This document shows positions 1 to 10,298 of a stretch of DNA of 64,000 bases, piece by piece; position 1 is the stretch's first letter, and each line of letters starts with the position of its first letter. Made by a program: the position numbers and the translations under genes. The stretch lies in assembly GCA_903861185.1 (NCBI GenBank), contig CAIOTK010000429.1, positions 4,099 through 68,098 on the forward strand. Direction: 5' to 3'. This DNA comes from an uncultured Opitutia bacterium (GTDB lineage Bacteria > Verrucomicrobiota > Verrucomicrobiia > Opitutales > Opitutaceae). The notes beneath the pieces were generated by a model, which was not told where the DNA came from, searched no databases, and was given only the letters and a program-made list of their open reading frames with translations.

Positions 1-172
1 CAGCACCGCACCCCGCTTCGAGCAGGGGCGCCTCTCGGTCCGGGAAGAAACGCTCGATCAGCAGTCGTTCGGAGGCCCAGAGGCCGAGGCCGTGGGCTGC
101 GCGGGTGTAGTGCAGCACCGCGGCGAGGTCATTGAAGTCCGCGCGGACGGTGGCGGCGGTGATCCGGGCCAC
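1..172 (-). CDS. Class I SAM-dependent methyltransferase, 5' part (runs off the window start)
   Basis: Not in the ORF track. Manual translation from GTG at 172 gives MARITAATVRADFNDLAAVLHYTRAAHGLGLWASERLLIERFFPDREAPLLEAGCGA, ending in a motif-I-like LLEAGCGA. It starts 7 nt downstream of the RsmB-like gene stop. Confidence 0.7.
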   Translation of the reverse strand, partial: MARITAATVRADFNDLAAVLHYTRAAHGLGLWASERLLIERFFPDREAPLLEAGCGA

Positions 173-179
173 GTGCGAT

Positions 180-1295
180 TTAGCGCCGGCGCCAGGCGGC
201 TAGGAACATCCCGTTCGCCTCGAGTTCCTGTGGCCACAGGGTGAGGCTCGCCGGGCCGTCGGGCACGCCGAAGAGAGGCGTGGGTTCCAGTTCGGGGTGC
301 GCCGCGCCAAAGGCGGAAGCCAGCTCGGTCGTCTCGCGCCGGGTAAGGGTACAGACGGCGTAGACGAGGCGTCCGCCCGGCCGCACGGCGGGCAAAGTGT
401 GCTCCAACAAGGCGCGCTGGGTGACGGCCAGCTCGGCGACGTCCTCGGGGCCGGTCGTCCAGCGCGCGTGGGGGTTGCGCTGCCAGGTGCCGACGCCGCT
501 GCAGGGGGCGTCGAGGAGCACGCCATCGAACTTCGTCTTGGTGGGTAGCCGCGCGCCGCCGTCCCAAGTGGCGGGGCGGAAGTTGAAAACGCCCGCGCGG
601 GCCGCGCGGCGGCGGAGGGTCGCGAGCCGCCGCGGATTGCGGTCGGCCGCCCAGAGCAGGCCTTTGTTGCGCATCAGGTCGGAGAGGTGCAGGAGCTTGC
701 CGCCTTCCCCGGCGCAAGCGTCCCACCAGGTTTCGCCGGGCTGGGGCGCGCAGGCGAGGCCGACGAGTTGGGAGGCGAGGTCTTGGATTTCAAAGGCCCC
801 GCGATGGAAGGCCGGAGTGAGGAAGAGGTCTTGGGTGCCCCCGTAGCGGAGCGCGTCCGGCGCGCGATCGGAGGCGCGGCAATTGCCGAGTTCACGGCTG
901 AGCGTCACCGAAGTGCCCGGGCGAGCGCGGAGCCAGAGCACGGGCTCGCGCTGCAGCTGGCGCAGGAAGTCCGCGGGTAGGTCCATCTCCGCGCGTAGCC
1001 ACTCGGGGATCGCCCGGGCGGCGAGGGCCTCGGGCTTGATCGCTCGCGGGTCCGCGTTGAACCGAGCCTGCAACTCGAGGGCGGCTGCGGTCTGGCGCTG
1101 GAGGGAGTCGCTGGGGTTGAGCCACTCGCGCCAACGAAAGGCGGCGAAGACGGCGCGACTGATCTCCCGGCGCTCGCGGCCGCCCAGTCGGCCGGAATCC
1201 GCGAGGTGGCGGCGCAGGACCGCGTCGGCCGGGAGCTCACCGGTGACTCCGGCGAGGACCCGCGCGGCGTGATTGAGGATGGCTGATTCGTGCAT
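180..1295 (-). CDS. RsmB/NOP2-family RNA m5C methyltransferase
   Basis: SAM motif DACAGEGGK, LLDAPCSGVG (PC motif), YAVCT second Cys, FEIQDLASQ. Confidence 0.9.
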   Translation of the reverse strand: MHESAILNHAARVLAGVTGELPADAVLRRHLADSGRLGGRERREISRAVFAAFRWREWLNPSDSLQRQTAAALELQARFNADPRAIKPEALAARAIPEWLRAEMDLPADFLRQLQREPVLWLRARPGTSVTLSRELGNCRASDRAPDALRYGGTQDLFLTPAFHRGAFEIQDLASQLVGLACAPQPGETWWDACAGEGGKLLHLSDLMRNKGLLWAADRNPRRLATLRRRAARAGVFNFRPATWDGGARLPTKTKFDGVLLDAPCSGVGTWQRNPHARWTTGPEDVAELAVTQRALLEHTLPAVRPGGRLVYAVCTLTRRETTELASAFGAAHPELEPTPLFGVPDGPASLTLWPQELEANGMFLAAWRRR

Positions 1296-1316
1296 TTAAA
1301 GAGGCGGCGCGCCGGT

Positions 1317-4300
1317 TCACGACCGGCGCTTCCAGCGACGGTCCTCCTTCAGTTCGAGGCGGCGGGTCTCCACCAGCACGCCGGCGACGGCGGGGTGAGC
1401 GCGCAGTTCCTGAAAGGACGCGGCGTTGATCTTCCACGTAAGGGCGGGGCTGGCCTCTGCCACTGGCGTGAAGCGATCTGGGAAGGCGAAGGCGAACTCC
1501 ACGCGGGTGTCCCCGACCTGCCGGTCGATTGTCGCGCGCAGTCGGGTGAGGAATTCCGGTGTCCCTGGGGCTTCCGGGCGGAGCAGCCAGGTGACCTTGC
1601 TGACCAGAGCCGCGACCTGGCCGTCGAGCGGGTAGCATTCCTTCACATTGAGGCGCGCGCCCTCGGCGTTGACCAGCACGTTGCCCTGCACGAGCACCAG
1701 CGCATTCTCGCCGAGGCTCTGGCCGTAAGCGGCATAGCCGTCGGCGAAGAGGTTCAGCGCGAGGGTCGCCCGCCGGGTGGCCAGCGTGAAGGCGACCCAG
1801 GGCCGGTTGTCTTTCTTGGCCAGCTTCTTCACCAGGCTGCCGGCGATCCCGCAGAGGCGGAACTCGGTGCGATCCGGCTGCTGCAGCAGCGCCTCGGGGG
1901 CAAAGGTATCGATCGCCTCGGTGAGGCCCGCGTAGGCCTCAAGCGGGTGGCCGGAAACGTAGAAGCCGAGGAGTTCCTTTTCGAACGCGAGCTTCTCCGC
2001 GGGTGGAAAATCCTCGGCGGACGGCCGCGGCGTGACGGCCCCGCGTCCGGGCGCCGGGGCGGAGGGGGTGGGTTCGCCGCCGAGGAGGTCGAGGAAGCTG
2101 TGCTGGCCGGCCGCGCGGTCGCGGGCAGCAGCGGCGGCGGCGGCGAGCGCGCCGTCGATCCCGTCGAAGAGCGCGCGCCGCGGGGCGCCGGAATAGTCGA
2201 AGGCCCCCGTCTTCACTAGGTGCTCGAGCACACGCTTGTTGATCGCGCGGCCGTCGATCCGGCGCGCGAAATCCTCGAAGTCCCGGTAGGGCCCGCGCTG
2301 CTCGCGCTCGGCGATCACCTGCTGCGCGGCGACTTCGCCGACCCCTTTGATTGCGCCTAAGCCGAAGCGGACACGACCGCCCACTGGGGTAAAGGTCTCG
2401 CGCGACTCGTTCACGTCGGGACCGAGCACGGTGATGCCCATCGCGTTCGCCTCGGCGACGAAGTGGGCGACCTTGTCGGCGTTCCCCAGCTCCGCGGTGA
2501 GGACCGCGGCCATAAAGGCCACCGGGTGGTTGGCCTTGAGGTAGGCGGTTTGGTAACTGACGAGCGCGTAGGCGGCGGAGTGTGACTTGTTGAAACCGTA
2601 GCTGGCGAACTTGTTGAGCAGGTCGAAGATCTCGTTCGCCTTGCGCTCGTCGATGCGGTTCACCCGGCCGGCCCCTTCGACGAACTTCAAGCGTTCCTTG
2701 GCCATCGCCTCGGCGTCCTTTTTGCCCATCGCGCGCCGCAGCATATCGGCGCCGCCGAGCGTGTAACCTGCGATGATCTTGGCGCACTCCATCACCTGCT
2801 CTTGGTAGACGATGATCCCGTGCGTCTCGCGGAGGGATTGTTCGAGCAGCGGATGCGGGTAGGAGACGCTCGCCGGGTCCTTCTTGCCCCGCGCGTAGTC
2901 GGGGATGAACGCCATCGGCCCGGGTCGGTACAGGGCGCAGATGGCGTTGATGTCGTCGATGTTCGAGACGCCCACCTGGCGGCAGGCGTTCTGCATCCCC
3001 GGCGACTCAAGCTGGAACACGCCCACCGTGCGGCCGGCGTTAAGCAGCGCGTAGGTCGCGGGGTCATCGAGCGGGATCGTCTCGATATCGAAGGCCGGAT
3101 CCGCCCCGCGCCGGATGTGCGCCACCGCGTCGGCGATCACGGTCAGCGTCTTCAGCCCGAGGAAGTCCATCTTCAGCAGGCCCAGCTTGCCCACCGCGTT
3201 CATATCGAACTGCACCGTGATGTCGCCCTCCTGCAGGGTGAGCGGCACGAACTCCTCGAGCGGCTGGTCGGTGATGATGATGCCGGCAGCGTGCTTCCCG
3301 GTGTTGCGCACCATTCCCTCCAGCACCCGCGCCTGATCCATAATGCGCTTGGCCACCGGGTTGCGCGCCACCTCGTCGCGCAGTTCGGTACTCTTGGTGA
3401 TGGCGTCCTCTAGGGTGATGTTGAGCTCGTCCGGCACCATCTTGGCGAGCCGGTCGGCCTCGGCGAAGGGGAGGTTATGGACGCGCGAGACGTCGCGGAT
3501 CACCATTTTGGCCCCGAGGGTGCCGTAGGTGATGATGTTCGCGACGCACTGCTCCCCGTACTTGCCGCGGACGTAATCGATGACTTCGCCGCGGCGCCGC
3601 ATGCAGAAGTCGATGTCGAAGTCGGGCGGGGAGACGCGCTCGGGGTTGAGGAAACGCTCGAAGAGCAGCCGGAAGCGGATCGGGTCGAGGTTGGTGATCT
3701 CTAGGAGGTAGGCGACGAGACAGCCGGCGCCAGACCCACGGCCGGGACCGACCGGGATGCCCTGCGCCTTGGCCCAAGCGATGAAGTCCCAGACGACGAG
3801 GAAGTAATCGACGAACCCCGTCACGCCAATGATCGCCAGTTCGAACTCCAGCCGCACCACGAGCTCTTCGTCGCGCGTGAGGCCGGAATAGTCGGGCGCC
3901 TGTGGCTTTTGGCCCGCGGGAGGCTGGCGGATGCGCTCTAGCCGCTCGGCGATTGCGGGTTGCGCGGCAATGGGCGCGGGGTCGAAGCCGTAGCGGTGCC
4001 GCAGGCCCTCGAGGCAGAGGTGATGCAGGTAGCCCGTCCGGTCCGTCTTCACCTCCGGGGGCAGGGGATAACGCGGGTAACGTTCGCTGCCCTTGGGGAA
4101 GGGGATCGCGAGGTCGCACATCTCCGCGACGAGCCGGGTGTTGGGCACCGCGTCGGGTACTTCCGCGAAGAGGCGCGCCATTTCCGCGCCTGACTTCAGG
4201 TAGAATTCCTGCCCGGTGAAGCGCATTCGCTTCTCCTCCTCGATCTTGGCTCCCGTCTGGATGCAGAGCATCGCGTCGTGCGGACCGGCATCGGTCTGCC

Positions 4301-4949
4301 GCACGTAGTGCACGTCATTCGAGCAGACCACCTTCAGGCTGAACTCCTCCGCGAGCTGGAGCAGCCCGGGGATGATCTGCCGCTGTTCGGGGAGGCCGTG
4401 ATCCTGAAGTTCAACGAAGAAATTCTCGCGACCGAAAATCTCCACGAACCGACCGCACGCGCGGCGCGCCTCCTCCTCGCGGCCGTGCAGGAGGTGCTGG
4501 GGCACCAGCGAGGCGAGGCAGCCGGTGAACCCGATCAGGCCCTCGGCGTGGCGCGCGAGGGTGTCTAGGTCGGTCCGGGGCTTGTAGTAGAAGCCCTTGA
4601 GGTGGGCGTCCGAGACTAGCTTCAGCAGGTTCTGGTAGCCCTTGAGGTTCTTCGCGAGCAGGCCGAGGTGGAAGATGGTCTTCCCCTCGTCGTCGTTGCG
4701 CCCGTGTTTCTCCAGCCGGGAGGTTTCGACCAGGTACAGCTCACAGCCGATCAGCGGCTTTAGGCCACGTGCCTTCGCCTGCTGATAAAACTCGATTGCG
4801 CCGTAGAGGTTGCCGTGGTCCGTCAGCGCCATCGCGCCCATCCCCATCTCGACCGCCCGCTCCACCAGCCGGTCGATGCGGCAGCAGCCATCCAGCAGAC
4901 TGTAGTCGGTGTGGACGTGGAGATGGACGAACTGGGGATCGGCGGTCAC
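1317..4949 (-). CDS. dnaE: DNA polymerase III alpha subunit
   Basis: PHP motif FVHLHVHTDYSLLDG, GPGRGSGAG, PPDFDIDF catalytic motif, YGFNKSHS, C-terminal OB-fold. Start moved to GTG 4949 (VTADPQFVHLH); the track ORF extends to 5060. Confidence 0.97.
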   Translation of the reverse strand: MTADPQFVHLHVHTDYSLLDGCCRIDRLVERAVEMGMGAMALTDHGNLYGAIEFYQQAKARGLKPLIGCELYLVETSRLEKHGRNDDEGKTIFHLGLLAKNLKGYQNLLKLVSDAHLKGFYYKPRTDLDTLARHAEGLIGFTGCLASLVPQHLLHGREEEARRACGRFVEIFGRENFFVELQDHGLPEQRQIIPGLLQLAEEFSLKVVCSNDVHYVRQTDAGPHDAMLCIQTGAKIEEEKRMRFTGQEFYLKSGAEMARLFAEVPDAVPNTRLVAEMCDLAIPFPKGSERYPRYPLPPEVKTDRTGYLHHLCLEGLRHRYGFDPAPIAAQPAIAERLERIRQPPAGQKPQAPDYSGLTRDEELVVRLEFELAIIGVTGFVDYFLVVWDFIAWAKAQGIPVGPGRGSGAGCLVAYLLEITNLDPIRFRLLFERFLNPERVSPPDFDIDFCMRRRGEVIDYVRGKYGEQCVANIITYGTLGAKMVIRDVSRVHNLPFAEADRLAKMVPDELNITLEDAITKSTELRDEVARNPVAKRIMDQARVLEGMVRNTGKHAAGIIITDQPLEEFVPLTLQEGDITVQFDMNAVGKLGLLKMDFLGLKTLTVIADAVAHIRRGADPAFDIETIPLDDPATYALLNAGRTVGVFQLESPGMQNACRQVGVSNIDDINAICALYRPGPMAFIPDYARGKKDPASVSYPHPLLEQSLRETHGIIVYQEQVMECAKIIAGYTLGGADMLRRAMGKKDAEAMAKERLKFVEGAGRVNRIDERKANEIFDLLNKFASYGFNKSHSAAYALVSYQTAYLKANHPVAFMAAVLTAELGNADKVAHFVAEANAMGITVLGPDVNESRETFTPVGGRVRFGLGAIKGVGEVAAQQVIAEREQRGPYRDFEDFARRIDGRAINKRVLEHLVKTGAFDYSGAPRRALFDGIDGALAAAAAAARDRAAGQHSFLDLLGGEPTPSAPAPGRGAVTPRPSAEDFPPAEKLAFEKELLGFYVSGHPLEAYAGLTEAIDTFAPEALLQQPDRTEFRLCGIAGSLVKKLAKKDNRPWVAFTLATRRATLALNLFADGYAAYGQSLGENALVLVQGNVLVNAEGARLNVKECYPLDGQVAALVSKVTWLLRPEAPGTPEFLTRLRATIDRQVGDTRVEFAFAFPDRFTPVAEASPALTWKINAASFQELRAHPAVAGVLVETRRLELKEDRRWKRRS

Positions 4950-5094
4950 GCGCGGGCTGAGGGAAGCTGGTGCGCGCGGACGGGCAAGAACCGAAACGTC
5001 GGCGGCGCGTCGAGGGGTTTGCGCTCGCCATACCTGCCCGCCCAAACACGCTCTGGGCACCCCGCGCGTCGGCGTTCGGCGCGTTCCCCCTCCG

Positions 5095-6318
5095 ATGAGC
5101 TCCTCCGCCCCAGCCCCTGTTCCCGCCCCGCTCCCCGACCGCCTCCAGTCCCTCGACGTCTACCGCGGCCTGATCATGATCTCGCTCGCGTGCAACGGGT
5201 TCGGCCTCGCCGCGACGGCGCGCAACCACCTGAAGGCCGAGCTCGACTCCGGATTTTGGGGTTTGGTACTCCACCAATTTGAACACGCCGAATGGCGCGG
5301 GGGCGGCTACTGGGACCTCATCCAGCCGTCGTTTATGTTTATGGTGGGCGTCTCGATGGCGTACTCGTACGTGCGACGCCAGCGCGAGGGCGAGTCGTGG
5401 GGACGGATGTTCGTGCACGCCTGCTGGCGGGCGGTGGCGCTCGCGGCCCTCGGGATTTTCCTGATCTCGAACGGGCGTAACGGCACCGAGTGGTCCCTGA
5501 TGAACGTGCTGACGCAGATCGGCCTCGGCTACCCGTTCCTCTTCCTGCTCTGGGGACGATCCCCGCGCGTCCAGGCGGGCGCCGTGGCGGCGATTTTGTT
5601 CGGGACCTGGGCCCTGTACGCCACCTATCCGGCGCCGGGGATCGATCCCGCCGCGGGGGCCCCGAAGGTGGGCGTGACTGCCGCCTGGGCACAGCAGCAT
5701 CTCGCGGGCGTCGGCGCGGCGTGGCACAAGAGCGCGAACGTGGGCCACGTGATCGACACCTGGCTGCTGAACCTGCTGCCGCGGGCGGAACCGTTCGTCT
5801 TCAACGGCGGCGGCTACCAGACGCTCAATTTCCTGCCGTCCTTGGCGACGATGCTGCTCGGCCTGATGGCCGGGGAGTTGCTGCGCTCGGGGCGCGAGGC
5901 CCGGGAGAAGGCGCGCTGGCTTCTGCTCGCGGGGCTTGCCGGTCTGGCGCTGGGCCTGCTGGGTGCGGCGGTGGGGATTCCGCTGGTGAAGCGGATCTGG
6001 ACGCCGAGCTGGGCGCTTTGGTCGACCGGCTGGTGCGCGCTGATCCTTGGTACCCTTTATTGGGCGGTGGACGTTCGGCGGTGGCGGGGGTGGACCTTCC
6101 CCTTGGTCGTGGTCGGAATGAATTCCTTGGCGATCTACGCGATGGGGATGCTGCTGCGTCCGTGGACGGCGAAGACGTTCCAGACCCACCTCGGTGCGGA
6201 TATTTTCAAGGTGCTGGGCGCGGCGAATGCGCCCTTCGTGCAGGCGACCGTGGTGGGCCTGATGTTCTGGCTGGCCTGCTGGTGGCTGCACCGCCGCCGC
6301 ATCTTCCTCCGCCTCTGA
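5095..6318 (+). CDS. DUF5009/NagX-like (heparan-alpha-glucosaminide N-acetyltransferase-like) multi-pass membrane protein
   Basis: RLQSLDVYRG, HAEWRG, WDLIQPSFMFMVGVSM, IPLVKRIWTPSW, VVGMNSLAIY; many hydrophobic segments. Start moved to ATG 5095. Confidence 0.8.
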   Translation: MSSSAPAPVPAPLPDRLQSLDVYRGLIMISLACNGFGLAATARNHLKAELDSGFWGLVLHQFEHAEWRGGGYWDLIQPSFMFMVGVSMAYSYVRRQREGESWGRMFVHACWRAVALAALGIFLISNGRNGTEWSLMNVLTQIGLGYPFLFLLWGRSPRVQAGAVAAILFGTWALYATYPAPGIDPAAGAPKVGVTAAWAQQHLAGVGAAWHKSANVGHVIDTWLLNLLPRAEPFVFNGGGYQTLNFLPSLATMLLGLMAGELLRSGREAREKARWLLLAGLAGLALGLLGAAVGIPLVKRIWTPSWALWSTGWCALILGTLYWAVDVRRWRGWTFPLVVVGMNSLAIYAMGMLLRPWTAKTFQTHLGADIFKVLGAANAPFVQATVVGLMFWLACWWLHRRRIFLRL

Positions 6319-6352
6319 CGGCGCAGGTTTGGAATCGCCGCCAGCCTCCGCC

Positions 6353-7336
6353 TCAGAGCTCGCCGAGGCGGATGCAGGCCGCCTCGCGGGCGGGGCCGGC
6401 TGGGACGAGCGGAGGCACCGCCTCGCGGCAGCGCTCCACGGCGTGCGCGCAGCGGGGATGAAAAGCACAGCCCGAGGGCGGGTTGATCGGTGACGGCGGA
6501 TCGCCCGGCAATACCAGCCGCTGCCGGGTCCGCTCCACATCGGGATCCGGCACCGGGATCGCGCTCACCAAGGCCTTTGTGTACGGGTGCTGCGGACGCT
6601 CAATCACCTCCGTCGCCGTCCCCAGTTCCACGATCCGCCCCAAGTACATCACCGCCACCCGGTCCGAGATGTGCTTCACCACCGAGAGGTCGTGCGCGAT
6701 GAAGATCAGCGTGAGGTCCATCTCCCGGCACAGACTCGCAAGGAGGTTCAGGATCTGCGCCTGAATGGAGACGTCGAGGGCCGAGACAGGCTCGTCCGCC
6801 ACCACGATCCGCGGCTCCAGCGCGAGGGCCCGCGCGATCGCGATCCGTTGCCGCTGCCCGCCGGAAAACTCGTGCGGGTACTTGCGGAGGAAACGCGGGG
6901 CGAGCCCAACGCGCTCCATCAAGCGGTGCACGCGCGCCGGGATTTCCTCCGCGGGGCACACGCCGTGGACGCGCAGCGGCTCCGCGAGGGTATCGAACAC
7001 GGTCATCCGCGGGTTCAGCGACGCGTACGGATCCTGGAAGATCATCTGCAGTTCCCGCCGCGCCGCCCGCACCTCCTCGGCGCCCGCCGCCGTCAGGTTG
7101 CGGCCGCCGAGGAACACGGTCCCCGCGGTCGTCGGCAGCAGCTGCAAAATGGTGCGGGCGAGGGTGGATTTGCCACAGCCGGACTCCCCGACCAAGCCGA
7201 GGACCTCGCCGCGCTGAATGGTCAGGGAGACGCCGTCGACGGCCTTCACGGTGCCCGCGTCGCGCCGGAAAATCAGCCCGCGTTGCAGCGGGAAGTGGGT
7301 CTTGACGTCGCGGAGCTCGAGGATCGGGGCGGACAT
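6353..7336 (-). CDS. oppF: Oligopeptide/dipeptide ABC transporter ATP-binding protein (OppF/DppF-like)
   Basis: Walker [10 protein letters not shown], signature [15 protein letters not shown]-terminal PQHPYT...GCAFHPRC. Confidence 0.92.
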   Translation of the reverse strand: MSAPILELRDVKTHFPLQRGLIFRRDAGTVKAVDGVSLTIQRGEVLGLVGESGCGKSTLARTILQLLPTTAGTVFLGGRNLTAAGAEEVRAARRELQMIFQDPYASLNPRMTVFDTLAEPLRVHGVCPAEEIPARVHRLMERVGLAPRFLRKYPHEFSGGQRQRIAIARALALEPRIVVADEPVSALDVSIQAQILNLLASLCREMDLTLIFIAHDLSVVKHISDRVAVMYLGRIVELGTATEVIERPQHPYTKALVSAIPVPDPDVERTRQRLVLPGDPPSPINPPSGCAFHPRCAHAVERCREAVPPLVPAGPAREAACIRLGEL

Positions 7337-7349
7337 CGGACGGGCGGGT

Positions 7350-8324
7350 TTAGAGTTCGCTGGCGTGGGCGCGCGGGCACGCGTGGAGGTGGCCGGGCGC
7401 CAACGCCTGCAGCGCGGGACGCTCAGCGCGGCAGGCGTCAGTAGCGTGCTCGCAACGGGGGGCGAAGGCGCAGCCAGGCACGGGGCGCGAGAGATCCGGC
7501 GGGAGCCCCGGGATGGTGTAAAGCGTGGCGCCCTTGGCCTGGAGGGCCGGAATGGAGCGCTGCAGCGCGCGGGTGTAGGGGTGGCGCGGCGCGTGGAAGA
7601 GCGTCCGCGTGTCGGCGGTCTCCACGATGCGCCCCGCGTACATCACCTGCACGCGGTCGCAGAGGCCCGAGACCACCCCGAGGTCGTGGGTGATGAAGAT
7701 GACGGCCATCCCGAGCTCGCGCTGCATCCGGCGGATCAGCTCTAGGATCTGCGCCTGCACGGTTACGTCCAGCGCAGTGGTCGGCTCGTCGGCGATGAGT
7801 AGCTCCGGCTTGGTGATCAGGGCCATCGCGATCATCACGCGCTGGCGCATCCCACCCGAAAATTCGTGAGGGTAGAGGTCGAGGCGGCGTGCCGCATCGT
7901 TGATACCGACCGCCTCGAGCATCGCCAGCCCCCGGCGCCGCGCCTCTTCCCGGGGCAGTCGCTCGTGGATGAGTAGCGGCTCGATCAACTGGTCGCCGAT
8001 CCGCAGGTACGGGTTCAGCGACGTCATCGGGTCCTGGAAGATCATCGCGATCCGCTTGCCCCGTAGCGCCCGCGCCTCTTCCGGTCGGCAGCGGAGCAGG
8101 TCCGTCCCCGCGAAGACGGCGCTGCCGCCCTCGATCCGCCCCGGCGGCTGTGGGATCAGGCCGAGGATCGAGTAGCAGGTGACCGACTTGCCGGAGCCCG
8201 ATTCGCCAACGATGCCGAGCGTCTCGCCCCGTTCGAGGCTGAAGCTTACCCCATCGACGGCCCGGGTCACGCCAGTGCGGGTGTGGAAGCTGGTCCGGAG
8301 GTCGGTGACTTCAAGGAGGGGCAC
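7350..8324 (-). CDS. oppD: Oligopeptide/dipeptide ABC transporter ATP-binding protein (OppD/DppD-like)
   Basis: [46 protein letters not shown]...GCAFAPRC. Confidence 0.92.
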   Translation of the reverse strand: MPLLEVTDLRTSFHTRTGVTRAVDGVSFSLERGETLGIVGESGSGKSVTCYSILGLIPQPPGRIEGGSAVFAGTDLLRCRPEEARALRGKRIAMIFQDPMTSLNPYLRIGDQLIEPLLIHERLPREEARRRGLAMLEAVGINDAARRLDLYPHEFSGGMRQRVMIAMALITKPELLIADEPTTALDVTVQAQILELIRRMQRELGMAVIFITHDLGVVSGLCDRVQVMYAGRIVETADTRTLFHAPRHPYTRALQRSIPALQAKGATLYTIPGLPPDLSRPVPGCAFAPRCEHATDACRAERPALQALAPGHLHACPRAHASEL

Positions 8325-8343
8325 GGCGAGAGTCGAGGAAGGG

Positions 8344-10281
8344 TCAAGACGGGAACCGGCCGCCGGAAATAGGCAACATCTCCCGCACGGCCGCCGCGAC
8401 GGTCGCGGGGTTGAGCGCGGACAGGTCGCCGCCCCCGGTCGGCGGGCAGGCCGGGGGTTGTAGCACGCGGTACGGCGCGGCGAAGACCGGCCCGGTGCGG
8501 AGGGGGTTGGTCGGACCGAAGAGCGCGAGCACGGGCACGCCGAGGGCGTTGGCGAGGTGCATTCCCCCGGTGTCGTTGCTGACCAGCAGGCGGCAGGCGC
8601 CGAGTGCGGCGGCGAAGCCGGGCAGGTCGGTCTCGCCCGCCCGGTTGCGCACGCGCCCCGCCGGCCAGCCGTCCGCCACGGCCGCGGCGAGGGGCCGGTC
8701 TCCCGGGGTGCCGAACAGCTCGAAACGCGCTTCGGGTAGGGCCTCGATCAGCCCCCGCCACGCGGGCACCGGCCAGCGCTTGGCGGGAAAGTTTTCCGAG
8801 CCAACAATCAGGCCGATGGGCGCGTTCGGGCCCGGCGCCGTCGTCGCACCCAGCGGGCTGAGGTCGGGTGCTGCGGTCAGCCCGAAGTGCCCGAGGAACT
8901 CGGTCCAGAGCGCGAGTTGATGCTGGCGCGACTCATCCCACTCCCCGGGCACTCGGAATCGGTGCGAAAGCAGCGGCCGGCGCTGGCCGGCCCGGACGAG
9001 CCCGAAACGCTGGCGGGCTCCGGCGCACCACGCCTCGAGGTCGCCGCGCAGGGACTGCGTGAACAGCAGCCAGACATCCGGATGCTCCGCGGCCAGCCGC
9101 CGGAAGGCGCGGAAATAGCCCAGACCGCGCGCCGGCAACGGCACGAAACGATCTCCAAGCTTCCACGCGGTGACCAGCGGACCGAAGGCGGCTCGGCCGA
9201 CGAGGACAAGTTCCGCGTCGGGCCGGCCGCGACGGAGCGCGCGGAGCAGCGGTGCCGCCAGCACCACGTCGCCGAGCCAGTTCGGCAGTCGAATCCAGAT
9301 TCGCGTGCGGCGGGCCGGAGCGGCTAGGCCTAGCGCCGAGAGCTCCGCGGCGAGCAGGTTGCGCTTCGACTCGAGGCGGAAGCGGAGCGCGGGCTGGTCC
9401 TGATGCCGCCAACGGTCGTGCGCCCAGAGCCACGAGGCGCAGAGGTCCTCGTCCGTCGTGAGCAGGTTCTCCAGCCAGCGATTCAAGCCGAACGTGACGG
9501 CCTCCGAGGTGCCGTCGTGGGTCAGCTCGCGGGCCCCGATCTCGACGCGCCAGAAGCCGTGGCGGCGCGGGTAGATGCCGTAGACGCGGGCCGAAAACTT
9601 CTCCGCCAGCAGGCCGGGCAGCTCGGTGGTCGCGCAGACCCGGCCGAAGAGGGTCGTGAGGGCGCCCTGCAGGCCGGCGTTCTGGTCGAACAGGATACCG
9701 ACGAAGCCGCGCCGGCGCAGAATCTTGAGGGCTTCAGCGAACCCTTCCTTGCGCGAGAGCAGGCGCATCCCGAAGCGTTCCCGGGCCGCGCGGACGAATC
9801 GGTCCGCGGCCGGGGAGTCGAGCGGGCGGTAAATGATCCCAAACTCGGGAAACGTCCCCGGCACGGTGAGGGGTTGCGCCGTCTGCGCCTCCCAATGGGC
9901 AAGGTGGGGCGAGCAGATCAGGGTCGGCGCCGGATCCGCCTGATGCCGGGCGTGTAAAGCGAGCAACTCCGGCCCGGCCCAGGCGATGCGGCGCAGGCGT
10001 TCCGGACCCAGATAGGGCAGGGCGAGGGAAAGCAGTCCCGTTTCGACCAGACGGCGGCAGCTCTCGCGGCCGATGCGGCGGCGCCACGCCTCGTCCCGTT
10101 CCGGGAACGCGTGGTGCAGATTGGAAAGGATCAGCCGGCGGCGACGCGGCAGGAGCAGAAAGATCCCGTCGCCGAGCGCGTGCGAGAGCAGGCGCAGTAG
10201 GCCCTCGGGGCTGTGCGCCGCGAGGCGGCCGAGGAACTGGAGGAGTAAAAGCAGCACGGGTTGGTTTCCGCCGCCGGTCAT
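8344..10281 (-). CDS. Fusion of a lipid A late acyltransferase (LpxL/HtrB-like) and an LPS heptosyltransferase (WaaF-like, GT9)
   Basis: N-half: SPHLAHWE (HX4E), GILFDQNAG, WLWAHDRW. C-half: IRLPNWLGDVV, AKRWP, VSNDTGGMHLANALGVPVLALFGPT. One uninterrupted 645-aa ORF. Confidence 0.85.
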   Translation of the reverse strand: MTGGGNQPVLLLLLQFLGRLAAHSPEGLLRLLSHALGDGIFLLLPRRRRLILSNLHHAFPERDEAWRRRIGRESCRRLVETGLLSLALPYLGPERLRRIAWAGPELLALHARHQADPAPTLICSPHLAHWEAQTAQPLTVPGTFPEFGIIYRPLDSPAADRFVRAARERFGMRLLSRKEGFAEALKILRRRGFVGILFDQNAGLQGALTTLFGRVCATTELPGLLAEKFSARVYGIYPRRHGFWRVEIGARELTHDGTSEAVTFGLNRWLENLLTTDEDLCASWLWAHDRWRHQDQPALRFRLESKRNLLAAELSALGLAAPARRTRIWIRLPNWLGDVVLAAPLLRALRRGRPDAELVLVGRAAFGPLVTAWKLGDRFVPLPARGLGYFRAFRRLAAEHPDVWLLFTQSLRGDLEAWCAGARQRFGLVRAGQRRPLLSHRFRVPGEWDESRQHQLALWTEFLGHFGLTAAPDLSPLGATTAPGPNAPIGLIVGSENFPAKRWPVPAWRGLIEALPEARFELFGTPGDRPLAAAVADGWPAGRVRNRAGETDLPGFAAALGACRLLVSNDTGGMHLANALGVPVLALFGPTNPLRTGPVFAAPYRVLQPPACPPTGGGDLSALNPATVAAAVREMLPISGGRFPS

Positions 10282-10298
10282 CCGGCACGCGGGGCGGC

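Noticed and set aside
3850-3990. Intein in DnaE (insertion FDPAPIAAQPAIAERLERIRQPPAGQKPQAPDYSGLTRD)
   Set aside because: Only about 35-40 aa, with no N-terminal Cys/Ser block, no His-Asn end and no homing endonuclease; best read as a surface loop.
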